Shown: positions 30,781-41,690 of the stretch, piece after piece
Layout: the number at the start of each line of letters is the position of its first letter
How positions within the stretch are numbered: position 1 is the stretch's first letter
From: Cyanidioschyzon merolae
Taxonomy: Eukaryota
DNA length: 64,000 nucleotides
Strand: one strand, 5' to 3'
NCBI GenBank assembly: GCA_000091205.1
Contig: AP006500.2
Translations under genes and position numbers: made by a program
The notes under the pieces: model-generated
Told to the model about the DNA's origin: nothing
What the model saw: the letters and a program-made list of their open reading frames with translations, nothing else
Databases searched by the model: none

Positions 30781-31289
30781 TGAAAGTGGGCGAACGCGGG
30801 GTGCTTGGGCGACGGCGAAGGAAGCCCACGACAGGGACGTTGACCGCAACGAACAGAGGGGCGCAGACAGTGGCAGCAGAAAATATTGACGAGGGTTCTG
30901 AGCAGTCATCCGCTGCTCTCGAAACAACGCTGCAGGCTCCGGCGCAAATCCTGGATTCATTCTTGAACTCGGGCTCAGGATTACCTCCTACATTGGTTTC
31001 TACCTCAACTCTGGAAACAGTCTCGGCGGATACTTTGGAAGACGGCTGGCAGTATGTTCGCGGTCGAAGCTGGAATAAGCGACTTATCCGCCTATGTGTT
31101 TGGGGAGCGGATACGAAGCCGCTGAAAGGGTAGTTCGTAGAGTATCCGCTGTGGTTGCGGGTAGCTTCACGCGTCCGGCAAGATAAAGGTCGCATTCGAA
31201 TCGACCTTGACTAATGTACTTCTGATTTTACGCTAGCACTGCGGCAAGCACTCAGTGAACGACTGGAATGCAGGAGGCAATGGTGGCGT

Positions 31290-34200
31290 GTGCGTTCTCA
31301 CACCCTGGGGAGGGTGCATCTAAATCGACGACGTATCTCTGGAGTACCGCAGCGTTACTCCTATTCCCTTATGCGCTACGACTCGATAGGTTTCGCATCA
31401 TGGAATATTTGTGGGATAGCCTCGATACTAGACGACGAGATATCGAATTACCAGTACAGTAATGAAGAACTGATACAAGTCGTTGACTGTACAATGGGTA
31501 AAGAGACCCAACCAGATACGGAGAAGGAGACACAGAAACCTCATGATCCACCTAGATGCAAAATATCCAGAGAAAGCAGCTCAGGAAAGAGCCCGAAGAA
31601 GAAGAAGACCAGCAAGAAAAAATAGATGAATAGAAAGAAGAACTCCCAAACGAGCCCATCACAAGTCATCCCCCGAAAGGGCACCCCAGCGGGATCTCAA
31701 GAAAGCTGTCACCAAACCCAGGCACCTGCTCACAGCGCTGAAGATCCGAAAAGCCGTGAATACAAATCTTCAGACCAATTGGCACGCGAGTTTGTAGATG
31801 GGAATCAGAAGATTGCCAGAGAACTGGGACTGCTTGCACCTGAACACAACAGTAGCAAGCCGCAGTACCTCAAACGACGTACCAAAACTCGGATTGATGA
31901 ATGCCACCGACTCCATAAGATCGTCAACCGCACCGCCATACGCGCCAACGCCGGAGACAAGGAAGCGAAAGCAGCGCTACCGGCGCTACAGGCGCAACAT
32001 GAAGAAGCTATCAAAAGAAAGAAGAAACTTTCCAGAGAAGACAAACGAGAGGATCGAAACCGCAAAATGGCCTCCCTGACGGAATTTATGCTCGAGAGCA
32101 CCAACGAAGATGAGACCTAGCGCTCCATTCGATCGAGACTGGACCCACCAAAAAAGTGCTTGGGGCTCACACCAATCGTTTATGAGGAAGCGCTGAGGAC
32201 GGAGCGTGCCTCAGGGAATGAGGCCTGGATAAACCACGGGATAGAGCTGCATGAAGACGCAACTGGGCACTGCCGAAACCGAAACTATTGGCAACAGTAT
32301 GCATCAGAACTACTACGCCTCGACCCGGTACCGGAATGGAACGACCCAATCTTCTGGACTGAATCTGTTCGGACCCTGCTATGCTCAAGCAACCGCAAAA
32401 CACCTGGCTTTAACGGTATCCCTGCGGAGTGGATGAGACTGGCGATTCCAAAAGACGGGACAACAGGGACACCATCGATACCAGATGAACCTGACACAAT
32501 CTTAGGCAAACGCCTTGTGGAGCTCATCCAACGCATGTTCGAAGAGGCGTACATCCCGGATGTATGGAGGACTGCCGAGGTCGTACCGATCCTCAAAAAG
32601 GACTCCCACACAGACATGAACAACTACTGGACTATGCGCCTCATCCCGTCAATCATGAAGCTACTTTGCGCCATCCTCACGAACCGGATCCAGACGCGCT
32701 TCGAGGAGCGCAAGTTCTTCGCCTCAGAACAGGCTGGATTCCGGAGCCGCAAGGAGTGCATGAGCCATGTCCTGACCCTCATTGGAGTGGCGCAACGTCG
32801 CTTCATTAGCGACCAACAACCAACTTACGTATGCTTCGTCGACTTTCAAAAGGCTTGTGACACGTTCCCGCATGAGGCTCCATTTCTGAAGATGGGACGA
32901 TCCGAAGTCTCCGGAAAGTGCTTGGCGTTCTTCCGTGCGCTCTATGCAGACTCATGGATGCGCATCCGACTGGGCGACAGCTCAAGAACCCCTTGTATAC
33001 GAATCCACCGTGGACTGCGACAGGGCGACCGCGCATCCCCGCTCCTTTTCAACATCTTCATCAACGATCTGCTTAACAACTGCAGACAATACGGGCTTGA
33101 GGTGCCGTGGATAGACTGTGGAGATGCCCGATGAGGAGCGCCCATTTGGGAACCGCCTCGCAGGCCGTTTAGTTGCGGACGATGCCGTGCTGTTGGCAAA
33201 CGCCCCGGAAACGCTTGCTGCTAGCATGGAACAAGTCAGCGCCTGGGCCGATCGCTGGGGTATGAGCATAGGAGCATCGAAGTGCGGCGTCATGCTCATC
33301 CATGGAGACTCGCAGAGCATTCGCAATCGCTCGTGGCGGTTGCAGAATCAGGAAATTCCGATCGTGGAAACATATCGCTACCTGGAGGGTCTGTCGCACG
33401 CCGACGCTCGACGAAAAGGCACACGTTAACGAGATGATCGCCAAGATGCATAGACGTACAGCGATCGCACGCCCATTCCCATCCGACCCCTCTATCCGCT
33501 TAGCAATCCGTACGAGGGCACTAAGGATGTGTATCATCCAGCCTGCGACCTGGGGTACTGAATGGTGCGGCATGAAGCACGCAAATGCCTCGCGTCTGCA
33601 GACAGCCGCCAACAGGGCAATGCGACTCGTTGTTGTTGTTGGATGCTCAATGCAGAGCAGAGCAACCAACCCGTTGACACTCGGACTTGAACTCCAAATA
33701 CCCTCGATAGAAGCGATAGCAGCAGGTTGCCGGGTACGTATATGGGCCAAAGGGCCCGCCATGCGCACCTCTTTGAGTCGGAGTTTCATGCAGACCCCAA
33801 CGCACCGCAAGAAAACTTGGATGAAATCGACGCAGATTTGGCAGAAGCGCCTCTTGGGCGAAAACACGCTCCCCAATCGTTCCCCAGAAATATAGAATTC
33901 TCCCGTCGCCTGAAGCGAACGGTCCAAACGCCAATATGGGAAGGTAGACATGGTACCAGTCGCGCTAGTAACGCCGGCTTGACTCTATATCGGAACTACA
34001 ACCTAGCATACACATGCAAGTACTGGTGGGAGGCGCTGGAATTCCCGGGACTTGCTCGCGGTACCCTGTGGCTTGCCAAAATCCGTGTTAGTGGCATCTG
34101 GCTACCAGCACCGGCTCTAAGCCGTACGGGAACACTGGAACCGCACTGGGAGTCACACTGTCCCTGCTATCGAGAAGAGACCCCTCGAGACGCTGACATA

Positions 34201-34900
34201 TTTGGGCTTACAGTGCCCGCGCTCGAAGCAGGAGCGCAGCGAGCTCCTTGGAGGACACCAGCAGCTGGGCATCACCGTGATAGTCGAAGGCCGGACACTC
34301 ACTCTGAGTATAGCACCGGCAACTGATGGTCCGATAACCGAGCCTCAGCGCTCATCAGTGGCGAACAAACTCACATGCTACCTTCTAGGCATGAGGTCCA
34401 GCGTATCGGATGCGCACACGGGTTTAGTGCACTTTCTGCGCCTACCCACTGTGGTGGGTGTCAAGCACAAACCCGCATTGCCAACCTACAACACATTCAA
34501 TGCATGATCACGAAGGAGAGAGGCGGCTCCCAGGATTCAACCTAACAGCCAAGTTTCTACAGCGTGTATTGCGGCGAAGGCAAGCCTGCATTTGCAGACT
34601 ATCCGAGCACAAACTGACGACGAGACCCGATTCTACGTCGGGTGAACCACACCTCGAGCCGACGCCCTTTGTGGTATAGAAAAGCTGTTCTAGCTCTATG
34701 AGCTATCTGCTCCAGCGTTCAAGTGCAAAGGCGAATACGGAACGGCAGGTACTAGGCACACACGATAGGACGTATGAAACGACCAGAATATCCGAGACGA
34801 AGTATAGCTAATGTAACATGGGAGTAGGGGGTTGATGAATACCTCACCTCGCACTGAAAAAACAAACACACAATAAAAGTAGGAAAAGAAGAATGCGCAT
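31290..34900 (+). mobile_element. degenerate non-LTR (LINE-type) retrotransposon copy. One long frame holds a basic N-terminal region and a reverse transcriptase. Two in-frame TAG codons and frameshifts inactivate it. A-rich 3' tail region.
   Basis: Frame 0 is continuous from 31290 to 33134 except for TAG at 31623-31625 and TAG at 32118-32120. The RT motifs are listed under the next feature. Later parts shift to other frames (33118-33429, 33302-33895, 33727-34326). An A-rich stretch ctgaaaaaacaaacacacaataaaagtaggaaaagaag lies near 34850-34900. No APE endonuclease domain was recognised. Confidence 0.75.
32160..33429 (+). pseudogene. LINE reverse-transcriptase domain (frameshifted near 33118-33134)
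   Basis: RT motifs 0-7 are listed below with a VADD variant of YADD. The 32160 start is a TTG artefact of the ORF track. Confidence 0.8.
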
Positions 34901-35357
34901 GATCGGAGAACGCTGGCCTAAGTAAACGTTTTGTCCATGAAAACAATCGTAGCTTCAGCAACGGTGAAACCGGGGCTCGGCGTTCCGCGGGGCATGCTCC
35001 ACTGACTTGTCGAATATGCACGAAAATTGTCGAATTCATTGCTGATGACGCTGCTACTGTGTTGCAGTAGTACGCAGTGGACCTGTCTTCTGCGAGTCTC
35101 GAGAACATTTTGCACTCGAACGGAAACCTGTACGTTCGGACGCTTAGACCATTCGCGTCAGAGGATGCTTTTCAAAATGCATTCTTATCGGGAAAACTCG
35201 AACGTCTCCGCGCAATACCCAGCCATATTACCGGCACTAGCGTGGCCGATTGGCCCCCTTCGACGCCGCTGGCTACAGAGCACTAGTAACCGAGACGCTC
35301 TGGGCATCTCGCAAGCATCGCGTTGCCAATCGCATGGATAAGCTCTGGAATGCCAGC

Positions 35358-35507
35358 GGATACAATCGATCATTCGCTATTTGCTCCGTGTCAACGATGA
35401 GACACACCCAGCAATCGTATGCACCGAGTTTCGGATACAATCGATCATTCGCTATTTGCTCCGTGTCAACGATGAGACACACCCAGCAATCGTATGCACC
35501 GAGGTTC
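35358..35507. repeat. near-perfect tandem duplication, two copies of 75 bp
   Basis: Unit ggatacaatcgatcattcgctatttgctccgtgtcaacgatgagacacacccagcaatcgtatgcaccgag occurs at 35358 and again at 35433 with a single-base difference at the unit end. The small ORFs on both strands that translate as GYNRSFAICSVSTMRHTQQSYAP x2 are probably spurious. Confidence 0.9.
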
Positions 35508-35693
35508 CGGGAGCTTTTATCCAAGGCGAAATGACAAAACGCCCTCATATTGGCATCTTGCGTACCCAGAGCCAGGCCACAAGGAGGCGTCTCTCCTCGG
35601 GGGCGACGATGATGGCCTGCAGGGAGGCGTCGGCTGTACGCCCAGTCGCTTCAACTGCTGTGCTGCTGTTGTGGTCGTTGTGCAGGGCGCCGC

Positions 35694-38600
35694 ATGGGAC
35701 AACACTACTGTGGAGCTTTTCGTCCTCAGTTGTGGATACTTGATGACGACTTGTCTTCGGAGACACGAACATCTGAGAACTTTACCCCCAGCGAGCGAAC
35801 CTATGGCACAGAGCAGAGCACGTGGTCTGTGTCGACTCGAAGCGGTGCGTCTGATGGAACGCAGGCTTCCCCGATGGACACCTCGCAAGCTGCAGCAGAC
35901 GACGATGAGGACGCACTGGAGTTTGAACAACAAAACATAGAAGAGCGACTGGAGGGTTTTGAGGCCTTTGCTGACCAGTACTGGCGGATCGTGGTGTACA
36001 TCCTGCTCAACCTGTTGACGTGCGGTCTTGTCTACGCCGCGTTGCAGAGTTTCCCCAGCACCAAAGTGCGTCTGCTCTACAGACGTGCAACGAATCTGGC
36101 TGAAGCTACTATGTTGCTCGTGACGTTTCGAAGGAAAAGTCGCCAGAATAAGGGCCATTACTTTGTGATCCCGTCCGAGCCGCGTGCTCGTGTGCCGAGC
36201 AGCGTCCTCAGCGCGTACCTGGGTCGACTCTCTACGCGCACGATTTTGGGACAAAGTGCGCGTGGTCGAGAAACGTTGCGGCTTTTGAGCGAACCCGTTG
36301 AAACGGTGCTTGTGATCGAGGCTCGCCAGCGTCGGTATCTCCTCATCCAGTTATCAGGGTGGCGACACGCCGGTCAACGCGGCATGCACCAGCGTTTTAT
36401 CTGCTTGCGCATCCACAGTGCGTTTATTCCGGCATTTGAGGAGTACTATCGATTACCCACAGACGAGAGCTCTTTGATAACACCCAGCATGCATCCTATT
36501 CCTGAGCATGAAGTCGCACTACCGGTTGCCGGCTTCCACGAAGAGGACGAAGCAGCTTGGGATCGACCGAGCGATCCCCGTGGAAACCAAGAGTCTGCCG
36601 TGGCGGACGTCGAGGATCCCGCTGCCCCCGAGGCTGAAGTACAACCGGCGTCGCTGGTGCTTCACCGACCGCTGGGCATCGACCTGCTAGAGGCAGATGT
36701 CATCCGGGCGATCGTAGGCGACAACAGTATCGAGGTAGAGATGGCACCCTTACTCAGGCTGTTCCTGCAGTCTGTCACACATCCATTCTTCCTCTTCCAA
36801 TTCTTTTCGATTGCGTTGTGGATTCTCGAAGCGTACTACTACTATTCAGCGACAATTGCATTCGCCTCGTTTATGAGCGCCCTCCTGGAAGCCATGGAGA
36901 TGCGAAGCAATGCGGAGCGACTTGCTCGTATCGCCGCCAGCGAAGGAGATGTGCTAGTGATCCGTCGGTCGCCTACGAATCGCTCTTGTGACTGTTGCGA
37001 GCGCATTTCTTCCCGGGAGCTTGTTCCAGGAGATGTGATCATCGTCGAGAGTGGCATGGTTATGCCGTGCGATTGTACGCTGCTGCAAGGCTCAGCGGTC
37101 GTCACGGAAGCGAATCTCACGGGCGAAGCGGCGCCGCTTTTCAAGTCCTCCTGGCACAGTGCATACGAGGAGCCCAGCTCCAGGGTACCCCCGCGAATTC
37201 CCATCGAGTCTTACCAGCACAGTTCGGGACTTGCAGCGGTATCCGAGGTGACCACGCAGGAAGCTTCTGCACACCAGGGCGCCGAGTCTTCTGCCCATTT
37301 CATCAACATGGAAGAAAGCGAAGGCAACGAAGAGGATGAACAGTCATCTGGCGAAAGTGAGGGCTATTTTATGGGCGCCTATTCGGCATCGAATGAAGCG
37401 GAGGATCTGCTTCCTACACCGGCATTTCACCACATGTCGGTAGGTGGCCTCAGCGCCTGGCTGCAACCCGCATCGGCCGCAGAAGCGTCCGCCGTCGGGA
37501 GCGCGCTGGACGCTTCCGTGGAACACTCGTACACCACCGCCGCCGCCACCACTGCTGCTGCTACTGCTCCTGCTGCTGCTGGCGCTGATGCAGACGTAAA
37601 TGTGCGGCAGGTATCTCGAGACGGAGAACGCTATAGACGCGAGCGCGGTGCCCGGAGCGTACCAAGGATGATGACTGCAGGGCGCCAGCACCAGGCGCCG
37701 GCTGCGCATCATTTAGCCTGGGATCAGGTCAATCATGTGCTATACGCTGGAACGAGAGTCATCGAGGCTCGTCCCGAACGGAGCGTGCCGAGCACCCAGC
37801 AGAGCACGGCGGCAGCAACGGATGCTGGGTTTTCCTCAGCGGGAACTTGGCAGGGTACTGGGATCACTGGTGCCGACAACGGAGCCTCCGCTACGCCCGC
37901 AACAGATGATCAGATGCAGTCGCTGGACAGCGCCGTCCTTGCACTTGTCATTCGAACGCGACTCGATACCGCCAAGGGGACGCTCCTGCATCAGATTTTG
38001 CTCGCAGATGACCAGACCTCGAGCTACGAACGCGGAAATCCGGGGCCGCGTGACACTCGCGACACCAAACTCTCGGTGTGGGCGGCGCTTTGGAGGCGCT
38101 TGCGCTCCAGGTCACCGCCTGGCGACGCCCACTTGGGCGATGGCGAACTCGATGACCCCGAGAGCAGTGACAAGCGACTCTCGCAAATGTATCTGGACGC
38201 GTACAAGGCCATGGTTGTGCTGCTGTTCGGTGGCGTCCTCGCTACGGTCTATTCTTTCACCCTGTTGCGTCCGCTGCTCTCGTTTCGAGAAGCCCTACTC
38301 AGCGCACTCGATGTGTTGACGATTGTGGTACCACCGGCACTGCCAGCGGCGGTTACCTTTGGGATTGTGTTCGCACTGGAGAGGCTGCTTGCGGCCCAGA
38401 TATACTGCATTCGTCCGCCGGCGGTTCTTATTGCATCTGGGATCGAAGCGCTCTGCTTCGACAAGACGGGAACCTTGACGGACCTGGGCCTGGACATTCA
38501 CGAAATCCTCCCGGTAGCGTCGATGCCGCTCGCACTGGAAACATTGCCCGGGATTCAGGTCTCGAGCGACCCGCCTGGCGGCATAACCACGGCTGCAACA

Positions 38601-41600
38601 GAGGGCACCATTGCCCTCTTCGATACGGAGCACGTCATCCGACGTCACGACTTGACAGAGGAGGGAGCAGCACCGGAGCACCAGCCGGCGCCCAGCGGGT
38701 ATGCAGCGCGGCTACCAGCGGGCCTAGCCCTGGTCATGAGTTGCTGTCATACGCTTACAGTGGTGCACGGCCAGGTGCTGGGCGACGAGGTGGATTCGCG
38801 TCTCTTCGAGCTCACCGGATGTGAACTGAGGCCAACTGCGAGCCCCGCTGATAGCCGTCGTTGGCAGGGCATTCATCCAGCTCAGACACTGTTTTATGTC
38901 GCTGAACGTCACGCGGAGAGCTCTTTTGGGCGAGTCGTGAAGATCTTCGCTTTTAGCAGTGAGTATGCGCGCATGGGTGTCATTGTGCAGCGACTGGTGA
39001 CTCCGGAGAGCGAGCAACCACCGCAGGTGGAGTGGTTATTTTTAGTCAAGGGTGCCCCCGAGGTGGTGGTGAACTTTTGCGATCGACGCTCCGTACCGAG
39101 CGATTTCAGTCACCAGGTGCAGCTGTACACATCACAGGGCCTGCGGGTACTTGCACTTGCCGGGCGACGTCTGCTGACAACGGACGCGCGTGCACGTCGA
39201 GTTCGCCTGGATGCCGCTGCGCAGGCACTCACGAAGCGCAACCGCAGCCTTGGTACACGAGAAGGAGCACCAACAGCACCAGCAGCAGAGCCACCGGGGC
39301 GTGCGCAAACAGCCCGCAATGCCACGCCCCTGACCTGGAGCAGGCAACGCTTAGAGCGCTCACTCACCCTGTACGGATTGGCGGTGCTTGAGAATCGCCT
39401 CAAACCCGATACAGCAGCGGCCTTGCATGAGCTGCGGCATCGCGCCGACCTCCACTGCCTCATGGTGACTGGTGATCATATTCGCACAGCAGTGAGTGTC
39501 GCTCGCCAGTCGGGCATGATGGACCGCGACGCCCGAGTCATTATCGCTGACGAGCTGAACGCTCAGCTCGTTCAGCGGAGGCGTCAATGCACACGCTTGT
39601 CCTCGTTCGCTTCCGCGAATGCACAATCAGCAGTACCGGGAAATGCTGGTGGCGGTAACGTTGTGGTGCCGGTGGACACCACCACGAGTCAGGTAGTCTT
39701 CTCCGACAGCATGCATGTGCAGAAACGCTTCAGCCGGATGGAGGTGTTCAGCTTGTTGGCTGCATCACCCTGCTCTGCGCGTCTGAATCGCCTCCTGAAC
39801 CGGAGTAGTGCACTGGGGGTGCGGATCATGGAGCGTGCTCCGCTCGTTGCCTGGGAAGCAGAACAGCCTGCTGGCTTTCCAGGAGCGGTGCCCGAAGATG
39901 CACCGATGACGAGTTTCCAGGGCACGACGCATTCTACGGAAGCTACCACAGAGGCAGGTGTATTTCGCTCACGCACGCGCTCGTTACGGAGCGAAGCAAT
40001 GCTGCGCGATACCAGAAGCGCTCAACCCGGATACGGACGGCGAACTGCGGGTAGTACAGCGGCAGCCGCTGAGCAGAGCGATGAAGGGCTCGTCGGTGCC
40101 ACGGGTGTCTCTGCGGGAACAAGCGGCGCTGAGGTCACGACCTTGGCGCGTGGTCGCCTTTCAGAAGCGAAGACACATCCAGCGTTGTTGCTCAGAGAGG
40201 CGGAGGCGGCAGAAGCGGCACCTTTGGAACAGCACGCTGCGGTCGCTGATGAAGCCGCTGTGCCGCCACTCCCGAATCGACGTCATTCTCTTTGGACTGG
40301 AGAACGTGCTGGCACCAGCGCTCTATCCTCGGTTGCGACGGCAAGGGTGGCGTTGCCCCAGGATGAGCCCGTTGCCTTGGCGATGACCGGAGCTGCGTTT
40401 CGTCTCCTGCTTCGAGAGTTTCATCGTTTGTCGGGGAGTCTCGCACGCAGTCGCACGCCAGGTGCTAGCAGTGGTGTTGGTGTTGGTGGTGTTGGTGGTA
40501 GTTGTGGTGGATCTCGAACGTCATCACGTCGCTACCATTTCCTACGACAGGTGTTTTTGCGTTGTACAGTGTACGCGCGTATGTCGGCAGCCGACAAAAC
40601 CGCCCTCGTGCATTTGCTACGAAGCCGTTTCGGCCTCTGTGTCGGTATGTGTGGAGACGGTGCGAACGATGCGGGCGCGCTGCGGGAAGCTGACGTTGGT
40701 GTCGGTCTCGTGGAACGACGCGTTTGGAGTACCAGCGAGTCGCAGGCCTCTGGCGAGGCACCCCTAGAGCGCATCCGGATCGAGAAACCTGATGCTCTGG
40801 CGCGGGAGTATGGCGACTCGCGCGCTCCAAAAGCCACCGGTACGAAGCGGGACTTGCTGCTGCTGCAGCGTCTCCGACCAAAGTCCAGCTCTTCGGCGGT
40901 TGCGGGTGACGACGAGGACGCAGTGGCATCGCTTGCAGCGCATTTTACCAGTCAGGTGACGAGTATTCGGGCGGTGGTCAAGGTACTCACCGAAGGCCGC
41001 GGTGCAGCAGCTGCTTCTCTGGCTTGTTTCAAGTACATGGGCATCTACTCGCTAACCCAATCGATCAGCACGCTATTCCTCTATCGCATCGGTACGGTGT
41101 ATTCCGATGGACAGTTTCTTTTCCAGGATCTGGTGCTCATCATGCCGCTGGCGTTGACCATGGGTCGAACCGCCTCCCAGACGCGCCTCAGTCGACATCG
41201 TCCACCGGTGCGACTAGCTAGTGCTCCCGTCTGCTGGTCGATGGTGCTCCAGAGTCTGGTGCAGGCCAGCTTCCAAGCCGCTGCCGTCTATGCGCTGACA
41301 CAAGCGGATACCGTACCTGGAAGCGTCTTCGGGATGACGTGTCGCTGGAATGCGCCCTGTCCGGCTGCCACGGTGCTCTTTCACGTCGTCAACGCGCAGT
41401 ATATCTGGTCAGCGATCGCGTTCAATATGAAGTCTCCGTTTCGACAGTCATGGGAACAGAATCCGTGGTTCCGCACCACCCTGGCCCTGCTCTCGTTGCT
41501 CTGTTTGAGCGTGATCGAGCCTGTCGTTCCGCTCTTGCAACGGATGCTGGCCTTGGCACCGCTCTCCACGAGCATGCGAAGATGGCTATGGGTCCTTATC

Positions 41601-41690
41601 GCTTTGAACGGTCTGGCGACGCTTCTGGTGGAGGCTGTTCTGAATTGGTACGAACACGGACGTGTAAGGGTGTCTGTCGAAGAGTATTAG
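35694..41690 (+). CDS. P5B-type P-type ATPase (ATP13A2/Ypk9-like cation/polyamine pump), 1998 aa, with very large low-complexity insertions
   Basis: Phosphorylation motif CFDKTGTLT, P5 signature VVPPALPAAV (PPALP fits the P5B subtype), hinge motifs MVTGDHIRTA and GDGANDAGALREADVGVGL, N- and C-terminal transmembrane segments. Start is uncertain: the first ATG in frame is near 35872 (MDTSQAAADDDED). Stop at 41688-41690. Confidence 0.9.
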   Translation: MGQHYCGAFRPQLWILDDDLSSETRTSENFTPSERTYGTEQSTWSVSTRSGASDGTQASPMDTSQAAADDDEDALEFEQQNIEERLEGFEAFADQYWRIVVYILLNLLTCGLVYAALQSFPSTKVRLLYRRATNLAEATMLLVTFRRKSRQNKGHYFVIPSEPRARVPSSVLSAYLGRLSTRTILGQSARGRETLRLLSEPVETVLVIEARQRRYLLIQLSGWRHAGQRGMHQRFICLRIHSAFIPAFEEYYRLPTDESSLITPSMHPIPEHEVALPVAGFHEEDEAAWDRPSDPRGNQESAVADVEDPAAPEAEVQPASLVLHRPLGIDLLEADVIRAIVGDNSIEVEMAPLLRLFLQSVTHPFFLFQFFSIALWILEAYYYYSATIAFASFMSALLEAMEMRSNAERLARIAASEGDVLVIRRSPTNRSCDCCERISSRELVPGDVIIVESGMVMPCDCTLLQGSAVVTEANLTGEAAPLFKSSWHSAYEEPSSRVPPRIPIESYQHSSGLAAVSEVTTQEASAHQGAESSAHFINMEESEGNEEDEQSSGESEGYFMGAYSASNEAEDLLPTPAFHHMSVGGLSAWLQPASAAEASAVGSALDASVEHSYTTAAATTAAATAPAAAGADADVNVRQVSRDGERYRRERGARSVPRMMTAGRQHQAPAAHHLAWDQVNHVLYAGTRVIEARPERSVPSTQQSTAAATDAGFSSAGTWQGTGITGADNGASATPATDDQMQSLDSAVLALVIRTRLDTAKGTLLHQILLADDQTSSYERGNPGPRDTRDTKLSVWAALWRRLRSRSPPGDAHLGDGELDDPESSDKRLSQMYLDAYKAMVVLLFGGVLATVYSFTLLRPLLSFREALLSALDVLTIVVPPALPAAVTFGIVFALERLLAAQIYCIRPPAVLIASGIEALCFDKTGTLTDLGLDIHEILPVASMPLALETLPGIQVSSDPPGGITTAATEGTIALFDTEHVIRRHDLTEEGAAPEHQPAPSGYAARLPAGLALVMSCCHTLTVVHGQVLGDEVDSRLFELTGCELRPTASPADSRRWQGIHPAQTLFYVAERHAESSFGRVVKIFAFSSEYARMGVIVQRLVTPESEQPPQVEWLFLVKGAPEVVVNFCDRRSVPSDFSHQVQLYTSQGLRVLALAGRRLLTTDARARRVRLDAAAQALTKRNRSLGTREGAPTAPAAEPPGRAQTARNATPLTWSRQRLERSLTLYGLAVLENRLKPDTAAALHELRHRADLHCLMVTGDHIRTAVSVARQSGMMDRDARVIIADELNAQLVQRRRQCTRLSSFASANAQSAVPGNAGGGNVVVPVDTTTSQVVFSDSMHVQKRFSRMEVFSLLAASPCSARLNRLLNRSSALGVRIMERAPLVAWEAEQPAGFPGAVPEDAPMTSFQGTTHSTEATTEAGVFRSRTRSLRSEAMLRDTRSAQPGYGRRTAGSTAAAAEQSDEGLVGATGVSAGTSGAEVTTLARGRLSEAKTHPALLLREAEAAEAAPLEQHAAVADEAAVPPLPNRRHSLWTGERAGTSALSSVATARVALPQDEPVALAMTGAAFRLLLREFHRLSGSLARSRTPGASSGVGVGGVGGSCGGSRTSSRRYHFLRQVFLRCTVYARMSAADKTALVHLLRSRFGLCVGMCGDGANDAGALREADVGVGLVERRVWSTSESQASGEAPLERIRIEKPDALAREYGDSRAPKATGTKRDLLLLQRLRPKSSSSAVAGDDEDAVASLAAHFTSQVTSIRAVVKVLTEGRGAAAASLACFKYMGIYSLTQSISTLFLYRIGTVYSDGQFLFQDLVLIMPLALTMGRTASQTRLSRHRPPVRLASAPVCWSMVLQSLVQASFQAAAVYALTQADTVPGSVFGMTCRWNAPCPAATVLFHVVNAQYIWSAIAFNMKSPFRQSWEQNPWFRTTLALLSLLCLSVIEPVVPLLQRMLALAPLSTSMRRWLWVLIALNGLATLLVEAVLNWYEHGRVRVSVEEY

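Noticed and set aside
31290-32120. Reading TAG as a sense codon (alternative genetic code) to rescue the LINE frame
   Set aside because: TAG terminates at least one well-supported gene in the window: the DDX11-like CDS ends ..RNKC-TAG. The in-frame TAGs are better explained as decay of a retroelement copy.
33169-33951. 260-aa minus-strand ORF
   Set aside because: It lies entirely antisense to the LINE reverse-transcriptase domain, where plus-strand translation has clear RT motifs. It is a GC-driven spurious ORF.
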